Positions 24,124 through 35,354 of a DNA stretch of 64,000 nucleotides are shown one piece after another. How positions within the stretch are numbered: the stretch's first letter is position 1; every line of letters begins with the position of its first letter. Location of the stretch: contig OZ024742.1 in NCBI GenBank assembly GCA_964016885.1, forward strand, positions 138,012,001 to 138,076,000, in the 5' to 3' direction. Under the pieces are notes generated by a model, which was given only the letters and a program-made list of their open reading frames with translations, ran no database searches and was not told where the DNA came from. Made by a program: the position numbers and the translations under genes. The DNA is from Eledone cirrhosa (lineage: Eukaryota).

Positions 24124-27100
24124 TACTTGTACTTGTACTTGTGTCGACATTCACCCTGGACGGGTTGAGCCGGCTTCTTCCTTTGTCCTGACGGCGTCCC
24201 GAACCATCGCAACCCACGCACGACGGTCCCGGGCTAGGTCACTGGAGATAGCGAACTAGTCACGGTTCCATCGGCGCAGGCCGACCACCTGCGGACCTGA
24301 GAGTTCGGAGAAGTCCTCCTTGATCGTGCGTTGCCCAGGTCTACACCTGCCGCCAAAGCGATTGTGCCAGTTAGGGAGTGGAGGTGGGAAGAGAACATTG
24401 TCGATCAGCTCACCCTCAGGGCACCGGGCTACGTGACCAAACCATCTCAAGCGCCGTTGCAGAAGCACCGAAGGAAGGGTTCGAAGATTCAGGCGAAGAC
24501 GAAAACTGGTGGTAGGTACCTGATCAACGCGTCGGCAGCGAAGAATGCGGCGGAGACAGTCATTGTCGAAGACCTCCATCCCTCGTTGATCGACTACCCT
24601 CATAGGCCATGTTTCACAGCCATAGATGAGGATAGTGCGAACGAGGGCCTGGTAGATTCTCCCAATGGTCGCCGAGGTGATCTCCTTCTGTCTCACATAC
24701 ACCGCTAGAGGCGCCCAAAAGCGGATCTGGCAGCACCTATGCGACGCTTTACCTCGGCTGCGCCCTGTCCCGTTGGAACCATTGTTGAGCCCAGGTAAAC
24801 GAAGGACTCCACATCCTCCAGGTCTACGCCCTCGAGAGATATCGGCCGCCAGGCATCAGCCAAGACCAGTGACGTCATGACTTTCGACTTGGCGGCATTG
24901 ATTCGTAGACCAACAGCGGCGGCTGCAGTGTGCACCATTTCGAGAGCACCTTGTACACCAGCACGATGTCATCCGCGTAGGCCAGGTCCGTCACCACGAC
25001 CCCTCTCCCGACCTCTACGCCCGGGTAATTCCTGTGTTGAGCGTGTAGTCAATGGCGTAGTTAAAGAGAGTTGGCGATAGCGCACACCCATGCCGAACAC
25101 CGTCCCAACATCGAACGACTCCGTCTCCCCACCATAGTCCCTCACTCGAGCCCGAGTCGACCGGTAGTAGCCCTGTATGAGAAAAAGCAGCTTCACTGGG
25201 ATGCCGTCCGCCTGCATTATACGCCATAGGGCTTCCCGATCTACCGAGTCGAAGGCAGCTGCAAAGTCGATGAAGCAGAGGACGGTAGGCTGTTGTAGTG
25301 CCTACCATTGTTCCAGGATACGCCGGAGAATGAAGATTTGATCAACGCAACCCCTCCCCGGACGGAGGCCGCCCTGAGAAGGACGGGTAGGGACAACACG
25401 GATGGCCTGGAACCTCTTCAGCAGAAGAATTGCGAAGATTTTGGCAGCAACGTCAATTAAACTGATACCCCTGTAGTTGGAACACTGTTTCCTGTCGCCT
25501 GTTTTGAAGAACGGTGGGAGAGTTGCCTCGCTCCAGTCACCAGCAAACCGCTCCGTCGCCCACACCGAGGAGAAGACTCGATGGAGCCTAGCTGCGAAGA
25601 CATCAGGCTCGGCCTTATAGACCTCAGCTGGAATGCCATCTTCACCCGGCGCCTTGTTGTTCCGGAGATGTGTCAGGACACCACCTACCTCCTCGACCGT
25701 TGGAGCGGCAGTGCTGCACCCGTATTCTTCTCCGGAAGGCTGCACGTAGGTTGGCGTGTGTGGTGGCGGGTGGTTGAGCAGCTCGGAGAAATGGTCCCGC
25801 CATCGGACTAGCCGGTCATTAAGATTGGTAATGACCGCCCTGTACCAGTCACAGATCGTCTCGCTGATACCCGTACTGCTTCGGCTGGCCCGCTTCACCA
25901 ATTGGTAGATCATGCACGAGAGACCACAGGCTGCTGCCCTCTCCGTCTGCTCCGCAAATTCGCGCCAGTGTGCATTGCGATAGGCCCGAATAGCCCGAGA
26001 TGTGCGACGTCGGAGATCTCGAAGATTGGGTGCACCCTCGAGTCGGGCCACTCTCGCCTTCTCCGCGAGTTCAACAGTGCCGTCGGAGATCCAGTCCCGA
26101 TGGCGTCTTCGGGTCGAGCCGACATGCTCTCTGGCCACCTCAACCGTCGCCGCCTTGAGCGCGTTCCACTCCTGCTCCGGTTGCTGTTCCACTTCGTTAC
26201 TCAGCATTTGGAATATGTTTCGCAGCTCTAGCCGGAAAGCATTTCCAGCATCGAGCTTGAGTCGCGAGATGTCGATCCTTTTCTGGTGGTGGGGAGGAGG
26301 TTTCGCCTGCAGCCGCGGACGAAGGCTTGCTCGAACAAGAGTATGGTCTGACCCATGCTTACTACCCGTACCAGAAGATACGCACGCGAGTCCATCACTG
26401 AGCTGGCCAACCGAGATCTGATGAGGATGTAGTCAATCTGATTGGCTGTTCTTCCGTCATTGGATCGCCACGTGATTAGGTGACGCCGAGGATGTTGGAA
26501 CCGGGTGTTGTTGACGATAAGACGATTGGCATCCGCGAAAGACACGAGCCGTTCACCATTGTCACAGCGTACGCCTAGGGCGAAGCGTCCTAGAATATGC
26601 CGTGTTGTATTATCTCGACCCCGTCCGCGCATTCCAGTCCCCAGCGACAATGAGAACATCACTGGAGGGGACGCCATCCACGGTTGTTTGGAGATCGGCA
26701 TAGAACTGCATCTTGTCCGCCTCGTCCGCATTGAGTGTGCGAGCGTAGGCGGGAATTACGCTGACGTTGGAGATTTGACCCTTCAATCGAACCAGGGCGA
26801 GTTGGTGTGAGATCGGCTGCCACGCCAGCAGAGCCGCTTGCGCGTCGGGGCTGAGCGCTACGGCGACTCCGTGAAGGCCACTGTTGTCAATCACGCCACA
26901 ATGGTACAAGTGGTAGGAGATGTCCTCGCCAGGAACTTTGATCGGAAGATGACCAACACCGGGAAGTCGAACTTCTGAAAGGCAAGCGACACTAACGCAG
27001 TACCTGTGCAGAGCCTTCATTGTAAGTGCCTGGACACCATCGTCACAAAGTGTTCGGTCGTTCCAGCACGCCACCCTGAATTCCTTCCTTCGTCTGAAGA

Positions 27101-27537
27101 GCGGGACTACTGCGGGAGTAGTCTGTAGAGCCATAGCGGCAGGAGCGCTGTTGCTTTGCATTGCGTTCGTAGCGAGAAGGCAATTCGTATTCATAGTTCG
27201 TATTTGTAGGATTCATGAAGAAGTGTCATGGGAGTAGTGAATTCACAAGCGGTCCCCCAAAATGTATATCCCGAACGAGGGGAAAAACACGTCTTGTTTT
27301 CCGCAGATTCTCCACAGACGCAGGGACAGAAACGACCCGAAGCCGCCGGTTACCGGAATAGACACCTCTTGGATTTTCACCAGAGCCCCTTTTGCCGGGT
27401 TGCGGCCCTAATACCGCTGGGTGCCAGACCAATCCGCCTTGGGAGGCCCTACCAGGAAACGAAGTTCCCGACGGCATAGCTATGACACTACCCGTTTCCA
27501 CCGCCCTGCCACGATGAAGATGGGTTGGACTTTAGGT
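24124..27537 (-). mobile_element. Near full-length GC-rich RTE-clade LINE (APE + RT), frameshifted
   Basis: ACWNDRTL, CLSEVR, VAGDWNAR, ANQIDYIL (APE); KAPGEDGIPAE, NYRGISL, FIDFAAAFDSV, AYADD, GLRINAAKSK, YLGS, YGCETW, RRLRWFGHV (RT). 3' tail (CAAGTA)n at 24124-24142. TSD TGACCT at 24118-24123 and 27538-27543. Confidence 0.96.
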
Positions 27538-27620
27538 TGACCTACACCCATCCTAATCCCCACCCTCTCCTACCACCAGAAAAGAAAAGATATAAATACC
27601 ACTACTTACTTGGACAGCCA

Positions 27621-27669
27621 GTTTCCTGATGATTTCTCACGTATGAAACAGTTCTAGTCCTGTAGAAGC
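27621..27669 (+). ncRNA. Family A hammerhead ribozyme
   Basis: gtttc-CTGATGA-tttctcacgtat-GAAAC-agttctagtcct-GTA-gaagc. Stem I 5 bp with one G.U, stem III ACAG/CTGT, weak stem II. Confidence 0.7.
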
Positions 27670-27700
27670 TCTTCTATATTAAAACTATATAGATATACAT

Positions 27701-27781
<81 letters not shown>

Positions 27782-28146
27782 ATTATAAATGTACGCACGT
27801 GTGTATATGTGTGTGCATATGTGTAAGTATACATGTAAGCCAGGACTTACTACATTACAGCTACCATATTTGTGTTGATCCGTGATAGAGAGAGAGAGAG
27901 AGGGAGAGAGAGAGAATGGGGGAGGAGGAAAGTGGAAAATAGATGAGCTGTTAAAAAAAGAAGAAAACAGTAACACTTTCGGAAATGTTATGAAATTTCC
28001 ATAATTGAAAATAATCATATGACACACGCACGCACGCTCATATTTACACACATGCATACATAGGTGTTCATATTCACACACATGCACACACACACACACA
28101 CACACACGCAAACGCACGCACGCACACACACACACATATATATATA

Positions 28147-28181
<35 letters not shown>

Positions 28182-28182
28182 A

Positions 28183-29056
28183 CGAGAGTGGGCTAACAAG
28201 TTCATAAGCTAAGCTGAAGGAATGATGTTAGGGCTGTGAAATTTTGTTGCATTAATTTCAACTGTTATTAATAACTGGATTGTTTTTGTTGTTTTCTTTT
28301 CAGGTACATTGCCATAAAAAATAAGTAGTAGCGGTTTCTACTCGGTGCGTGCTACGTCTTCTGACGGCTGATGAAAAGTGAATTTGGCTGATCACATCAC
28401 AGGAAAAGATGATATTGGTTCAAGCAGATCTAGCTGATTTCCCTTAAACGTTTCCTAACCCATGATGAGTGATGGGTTCATCACCTTCGCTTTGATCCAG
28501 AGACAAAGTGAAAATCCATGCAGTGGAAACACCACTCCTCATTTGTTCCAAAGAAATCTGGGAAAGGTAATGGCCTCAGGTTTGGAGGATGCAAAAGGCA
28601 TTGAGTTTATATGTTACAAAGTGCTACATGATCAATGGAAAGCACTATACCAGATTGCTGAGGCAGTTACGAAAGGTTAACAAGACAGCTGACGAAAAGG
28701 ATCTTGGTTCATCAGGTCAATGCTCCAGTACACAAGTTTCTGGTTACAATTGATGCTTTGCGTGAAGGTGGCTTTTACTGGTTGCTCAGCCTCCCTTTTT
28801 TCTTGATTTGGTCCCATCTGACCATCATCTGTCCCCCAGAATGAAAACACACTTGTCTGGGAAGCAGTATCAGTGACAATGACGTCATATCTAATGTTGA
28901 TGGGGTTTTACTAACAGGAAGAAAGCTTCTTCACCAATGGGGTCCAAACACTCCAACACCGATGGAAGAAGTGTGTGGAACGTAAGGAGGGGGGGGGGGT
29001 CATATTTTGAAAAATATATCTCAATTGGCCACATTGAACTTTTCAGCTGACCCTCG
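28183..29056 (+). mobile_element. Internally deleted, decayed mariner transposon with TIRs and TA flanks
   Basis: TA-cgagagtgggctaacaagttca ... tgaacttttcagctgaccctcg-TA. Fragments FLTHDE*WVH, DPETK.KSMQW, GKVMAS, HQVNAPVH and DLVPSDHHL are DD34D-type motifs. Confidence 0.9.
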
Positions 29057-29072
29057 TATATATATATATACA

Positions 29073-29120
<48 letters not shown>

Positions 29121-29592
29121 TGTGACAATTATGAGATTGCGTAGTTATTGTTTATTCTTTGGAACCATGCGTTTTTCGGATTCAGTTACGGTTTTTGTCC
29201 ACTCGAGAAATGTGACACGGATTTGATTTCATGTGTCTTTTTCTTCTTCTTTACTAGGTGTTTATACCTCTTACAGTTGACAATTCCTTATATTTCTCTC
29301 TGGAATTGCCTAATTTCGTTTGTTTTCACTACAAAGCTCATATTTTGTCACCTATAGTGAATGATGGTGTCTTTGCTGAGGGATGTATTTGCTCGAATTA
29401 ACAGTGCATTTAAAAATATATGAAAGAAATATTCGACAATGTAAACACTTAAGTAGAATATGCTGAAATTATAACGAAATATTTTACTACTGTCTTAATC
29501 AAGTTATATAATTTCTAAACCAATATAAGCTTATATACATATAAATATGTTCTGAAATATTTCCATTTTTATTTCATTATTTTGCAATACAA

Positions 29593-29808
29593 GGGAGGTG
29601 GATTGGCAGTATCGGTAGAGAGTCGGACAACATGCTTTGCAGCATAGATTTACAGTCTTTTACAGTCTAAATTCAAATCCCGCTGAGGTTAACTTTGCCT
29701 CATCCTTAGGGGATCAATAAAATAAAACACCAGTAACGTGCTGGGGTCGATTTAATCGACTTTCCTCTCCCCAAAACTACTGGCCTTTTACCAATTCTAG
29801 AAATAATT
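29593..29808 (+). mobile_element. tRNA-type SINE (octopod-like family)
   Basis: ggtggattggcagtatcggtagag...ttcaaatcccgctgaggttaactttgcc...ggggatcaataaaataa...ccagt. Homologous copies at 35169-35354, 61064-61258 and 62540-62768. Confidence 0.85.
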
Positions 29809-30319
29809 ATTTAGTAATATATGTAGATGTCCAAATGTGCTTTTGATGGTTAAATAATAGAGAGCAAATCAGCCATCAAACACTTATTACCTGAAACATA
29901 CAATAAATATAATTCTAACGCATCAGAAGCTTTGCATGAATGATTACGAATCGGTCGTCAAATATAAATGGAAGAGACAACTAGAGTTTTGTATTCGATG
30001 TTTGTGTGTCGTTGGACGTGTTGCCAGAAATAATTGCAGAATTGTGACATGTGAACTTGACCCGTTGATACGTGGGTGTGTTTACAACAATATTTGCAGT
30101 GCGGCCAAATGAAAATCACCTCGGGAACATAAACACTTACGAAGATTCATTAATGTATAGCGGAAATATTAATGCAAAGAATTGCAAAATCAATGAAAAT
30201 ATCTTTTCCACTTTCTGCCAATCTATATAAATTTTTTTTTTTTTATAGCTAATTACATGGTTCCTCTCTCTGATTAATAATCACATTTTTCTTGATATTA
30301 TTTTGTTATACGGTTCGGC

Positions 30320-30710
30320 TATTATTATTATCCTCATCGTCGTCGTTGTTGTTGTTGTTGTTGTTGCTGTTGCTGTTGTTGTTGTTGTTGTTGCTGTTGT
30401 TGTTGTTGTTGTTGTTTCCATTATTGTTTTTATTGCGTATCATTACTCCTTTACATAGCACAGCTCTGTGCGCCTTGAGCAGTGTAGTTTTTGCTCTGTG
30501 AGCAGTGTAGTTTTTGCTGATGTTGTTTCTATTGTATTGATAATACTTTTCGTAATATATGTGCAGTGCCTAGTAGTGCTATCTTCTGTATGCTGCATAT
30601 ATGTGTAAGTCCTGAGGTTTGGTTATGTAACTGTCTGTGTGTGTTTTTCATCATTCCTACAGTACCTATTATTATAGGGATTTGTTTTGTTCTCATTTTC
30701 ACTTTCGAGT
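30320..30710 (-). mobile_element. 3' end of an R4/Dong-like LINE with (AAT/AAC)n tail
   Basis: Minus strand KTNP/IIIGTVGMMK...SIQKIALLGTAHILRKVLSI followed by triplet repeats. Confidence 0.7.
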
Positions 30711-30739
30711 TATTTCTATCTCTAGATCTTGTTCAAATG

Positions 30740-32715
30740 AATATCAATCCGCTACCTGCCTTTTGAAGTGTTCCATAAAATGGGACTGGATTAATGTCTT
30801 TTAACCATCCTTGAAAACTCTTTGAGATAGTACCTAGTGCTCCTATGACAATCGAGACGACCTTGATCTCATCACAGTCCCAAATCCTTTTTTAACTCCC
30901 ACTTTAAATCCTGGTATCGGTTAATTTTCTCCTTCTCTTTTTCTTGCACTCCCGTGTCAAAGGGGCAGGCTACATCTACAATTAGGCACGATCTGTTTTC
31001 CTAGTAAAAAACCACCAGGTCAGGACTATATTCTAACTTCTTGTCCGTCTGTATCCTGAAATACCATAGCACCTTCACTTGATCATTTTCTATCAAGGAC
31101 TCAGGCTTATGCTCATACTATTTCTCAGAATGTGGTAAATTATTTCATAAATGCCAGTAAATCACCTTTCCTATTATATAATTCCTCCAGCCTTTATAGT
31201 GAGTCTGGGCTAGATGTTTACGTTCGGATACAATGTGAGCCACAGTCTCCCCTTTCTCTCTCTGTTTCTCTCTACAGATCCTAAAGATTGAGCAAGCCTC
31301 CTTCCTGTCAAAACGGTGTTTCTGAGGACTTGCTATGTGTAGTCATCAGCATTACTTCTGTAGATTTTTTAAGATCTCCTCTTTTTAACCAGCTCCATGT
31401 CTTTAAAAAGGTGCTAGGTAGAGATATTTTATGAAGGTTGCTCTTCCTCTTTGTTGTTACTTCCTCCTTGGATATCCCCTGGTCTATTGTCTTCTCCTTC
31501 AGTAAACTTTGAGCATTGATTCCCTACTCCCAGGCACATATTTGTGCAGACTGCTTTTCTCCATCTGAACACAGTCCTCTATGCTAATAAGACCTCTTCC
31601 ATCTTCAGATCTCCTTAAGTAGAGCCTATCAATATCACTTCTCTTGTGGAACATGATGTAGGTAGTCATTAGCTTCCTAGTATTTCTAGCTATTTCTTTT
31701 TGTTCAGAAACATTCCATTTCAGAATTCCCGTACAGTACCTAATAATAGACACAGCTCGAGAATTTATAGGTACATATGATATTCCTACTATTTAGATGT
31801 GATTTTAATATGTTCCTTACTCTCTTTGCGTATTCAGATCTTATCAATTCATACATTTTATTGTTCTTGATGTTTATCTGCCTCCAGAATGTGTATCCCT
31901 CTTTAGTGTCGATTTCCTTTATCCTTTCCCTTGTTGGAAGCGGGATTCCGTCGCTACTATTCAATTTACCCCGCTTCATCACTAGGACTCCACACTTATT
32001 AACAACAAATTCCATACATATATCAAGTACATCTAACTCCTTCGCGCTTTTTACCAAAGAGATTTAGATCGTCCATGAAGAGGAGGTGGTTGATGGTAAG
32101 CTCTCCTCTTCCTTTGGTATCCTGCTTTCACGTTTCGCAATATGAGTGACAAGGGCATGAGGGTAAGGACAAATAATAAAGGGGACAAACTATCTCCACA
32201 TGATGTTAGTTCTGTTTCCCAGGACGTCATACATTTACTTGATAACTGTGTGATTTTGTCTGTCAGCTTGAAGATATCTAGGCTTTTGGTTATTACTATC
32301 TTATCAATAAGTTACTGGACTTCTGTTCGCCCGGCAATAAATTGTTTATGTGGAGGTGACAGTAGATTTCCTCAGACACAATGCTTGTTAGCAGTTTCCA
32401 CATTACGGACAGAAATGTGATAGACCTATAATTTCTAACCTCATTACCCTTGATTCGGTCATTCATTACTAGAACTGTAGTACCTTTTGTCAACCACTCT
32501 GGTACTTCACCGGACACCAAGCAGTCATTGAACATGGCTGTCAGTTTTGGATGGAAGGGTGTTATATTGTTTATCCAATATCCTTGCACTCAATCTGGGC
32601 AAGGTAATTTCCAGTTGGTTAATTTATTGGCCTGTTTTTTAAGAGTTTCAACTGTGGTACTCAAATCAGGTTCTTGGTGTGTTCACTAAACTCCTTTTTA
32701 ACTGTCTCAATCAGA
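30740..32715 (-). mobile_element. Decayed R4/Dong-like LINE (RT, zinc-knuckle region, restriction-like endonuclease)
   Basis: PEWLTKGTTVL...NYRSIT....WKLLTSI, INHLLFMDDL, DIDRLYLRRSEDGRGLISIED, ETVAHIVSE, PDLVV...IVDVACPFD...KEKEKINRYQDL. Confidence 0.92.
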
Positions 32716-32826
32716 TGAAATATTTATGTTATGGATATAAGATTTGAAATTAAAATGTAGATTTTAATTTCAAATCATATATCCATAACATAAATATTTT
32801 ATATTTATATATATATTCTCTCTCTC

Positions 32827-32876
<50 letters not shown>

Positions 32877-33102
32877 AAAACAATTAAGTTAAAAATGTAC
32901 ATCCACATATGTATACTGAAATACTAGTATGCATATGAATACACACACGTATACATATGTAGATGTACCGATTTTTTCACTGGTCACTTTACTGTGAGTG
33001 TCCAGCTATTCTGTATGTAAACACACAGACAAACCGGTTTTTAGAGTCATACAGGTTTTTGAGGAAACACCTTTCCTCTATTCTCCAGAAAGCCAGACAA
33101 GG

Positions 33103-33147
33103 AATATTGAACTAGTTTCGATGTTGTTACATCTCATCAGCAATATT
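33103..33147 (-). ncRNA. Canonical minimal type-I hammerhead ribozyme (copy 1)
   Basis: Minus strand aatattg-CTGATGA-gatgt aaca acatc-GAAAC-ta-GTT-caatatt: 7-bp stem I, 5-bp stem II closed by G-C, palindromic stem III ACTAGT. Confidence 0.92.
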
Positions 33148-33568
33148 TACCTATCTTCCGGCCCTTCTAGAGAATCGTAAAAACACATATCGTTATATGC
33201 TTTTTCTATGAAAATTAGTAGTGGGCAGACTAATTTGCATAGAGCGTGAGTACGTACCGGTTCAACGGAGACGATAAAAACAAATAACGAAACGAAATTA
33301 AATTTCGTTTCGTTTGTAACTCACTTTTGTATGACTGACGCTTAAACAATTAAGTTAAAAATGTACATCCACATATGTATACTGAAATACTAGTATGCAT
33401 ATGAATACACACACGTATACATATGTAGATGTACCGATTTTTTCACTGGTCACTTTACTGTGAGTGTCCAGCTATTCTGTATGTAAACACACAGACAAAC
33501 CGGTTTTTAGAGTCATACTGGTTTTTGAGGAAACACCTTTCCTCTATTCTCCAGAAAGCCAGACAAGG

Positions 33569-33613
33569 AATATTGAACTAGTTTCGATGTTGTTACATCT
33601 CATCAGCAATATT
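33569..33613 (-). ncRNA. Canonical minimal type-I hammerhead ribozyme (copy 2, identical)
   Basis: Identical to 33103-33147. Confidence 0.92.
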
Positions 33614-34043
33614 TACCTATCTTCCGGCCCTTCTAGAGAATCGTAAAAACACATATCGTTATATGCTTTTTCTCAAAAACCAGTATGACTCTAAAAACCG
33701 GTTTGTCTGTGTGTTTACATACAGAATAGCTGGACACTCACAGTAAAGTGACCAGTGAAAAAATCGGTACATCTACATATGTATACGTGTGTGTATTCAT
33801 ATGCATACTAGTATTTCAGTATACATATGTGGATGTACATTTTTAACTTAATTGTTTAAGCGTCAGTCATACAAAAGTGAGTTACAAACGAAACGAAATT
33901 TAATTTCGTTTCGTTATTTGTTTTTATATATATATATATATATATATAACATATATAATAAATGTAATCTGAGTTTTTCGAATATTAATAATAAAGTTCG
34001 ATTCATTTGCAATTATGCAAACAACCCATTTTATAGCCATGTC

Positions 34044-34520
34044 AGTAGAATGAACCCGTCATTCTTGTTCTTGTGTTGGCATGTGAGCAGAACTGCAGAT
34101 ACTAATGTTTCTGGGTATCACCCAACATCAGTACAGCTCACTGTTCACCTGCCAAACTGTCAGAGCTAGTGAAAATATATCCTATGGTAGAGTGAAATGT
34201 TCTTTTTTATTTGAATTTGGCAAAGCCGGACATTTATCTCTCGTATATAGGAAACTGACTGGCCAGTCTGCTGATATGCAAATCTGGCTGATCAGTGGAT
34301 CTGCTAATATGCAGATCTGACCGAGCAGCCAGTCTGCTAATATGCAAATCAGGCCGATCAGTCACTCTGTATTTTTGAAAATAGCATATATTTTCTCTAG
34401 ATCTGACAGTTTGGTAGGTGAACAGTGAGATGTACTGTTGAAGGGTGATACCCAGAAACATTAGTGTCTGCAGTTCTGTTCATCTGCCAACACAAGAGCA
34501 AGAATGAAGGGTTCATTCTG
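34044..34520. mobile_element. Non-autonomous element with ~125-bp inverted termini and internal 33-bp repeats
   Basis: 34047-34169 vs 34397-34520 are imperfect inverted repeats. A second copy in opposite orientation lies at 63752-64000. Confidence 0.8.
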
Positions 34521-34641
34521 TATATACATATATTCTCTCTATATATAAACAAATAAATAAATAAATATGTATATATATATATATATATATATACATACAT
34601 ATTTATTTATTTATTTGTTTATATATAGAGAGAATATATGT

Positions 34642-35161
34642 ATTGGATAGAGACGTTTCTGGCTGAGATGAAAGAGTGATAAAAAGCTCCTAATGGCGTT
34701 TGAGAGGGGACGGAATACAGCAAGAAGAAGAAACGTCGAAGCCATCCGCCTCCTTCTATATTAGAATAGATATGTTACATAACAACCTTATTAATTAAGA
34801 TGTTTCCTGATGCAGACGTCTTAGCAATTGCCTGATGAACGTTTCCTGATGCAATCGTCTTAGTAAATGCATCATGAATGCCACAGAAATATGTAATACG
34901 GCAGATTCTGAATACAATGTGGCATTCATGATGCATTTACTAAGACGATTGCATCAGGAAACGTTCATCATGTAATTGCTAAGACGACTGCATCAGGAAA
35001 CATCTTAATTAATAAGGTTGTTATGTAACATATCTATTCTAATATAGAAGGAGGCGGATGGCTTCGACGTTTCTTCTTCTTGCTGTATTCCGTCCCCTCT
35101 CAAACGTCATTAGGAGCTTTTTATCACTCTTTCATCTCAGTCAGAACCGTCTCTATCCAAT
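34642..35161. repeat. Long fold-back: ~244-bp inverted arms with a 32-bp spacer
   Basis: 34642-34885 vs 34918-35161 are reverse-complementary with few mismatches. A weak CTGATGA...GAAATAT motif lies at the inner end. Confidence 0.92.
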
Positions 35162-35168
35162 TAATTCC

Positions 35169-35354
35169 TAATTGTTTCTACTTTTGGCACAAGGCCAGCA
35201 ATTATCCAGTAGATTACTGGTACTTTATTTTATCGACCCCGAAAGGATGAAAGTTAACATCGGAGGGATTTGAACTCAGAATGGCAAGGGCCGTAACTCT
35301 ATGCGTCAAAGCATGGCGCCCGACCCTCTACCGATACTGCCAATTCACCGCCCT
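35169..35354 (-). mobile_element. tRNA-type SINE with target-site duplication
   Basis: Family sequence actggtactttattttatcgaccccgaaaggatgaaag...ggatttgaactcag. TSD tatccaattaattc at 35154-35167 and 35355-35368. Confidence 0.9.

Larger units (their letters stand above)
23752..27686 (+). mobile_element. Family A hammerhead (PLE-derived) element split by an RTE insertion
   Basis: Inverted terminus 23752-23883. The body 23884-24123 resumes at 27544 and ends in the hammerhead 27621-27669, then (TA)n. Same family as 8371-8605. Confidence 0.8.
32878..33926 (-). mobile_element. Retrozyme-like element: 466-bp ORF-less tandem unit (about 1.7 copies, two hammerheads) plus ~255-bp inversion
   Basis: 32881 aligns to 33347 (offset 466), near-identical to ~33673. 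33672-33926 is the reverse complement of ~33275-33529. Flanked by (TA)n. Confidence 0.9.

Noticed and set aside
34826-34900. Hammerhead at the centre of the 244-bp fold-back
   Set aside because: CTGATGA and GAAATAT are present, but stem I is out of register and the base of stem II is unpaired, so it was not counted as a ribozyme.
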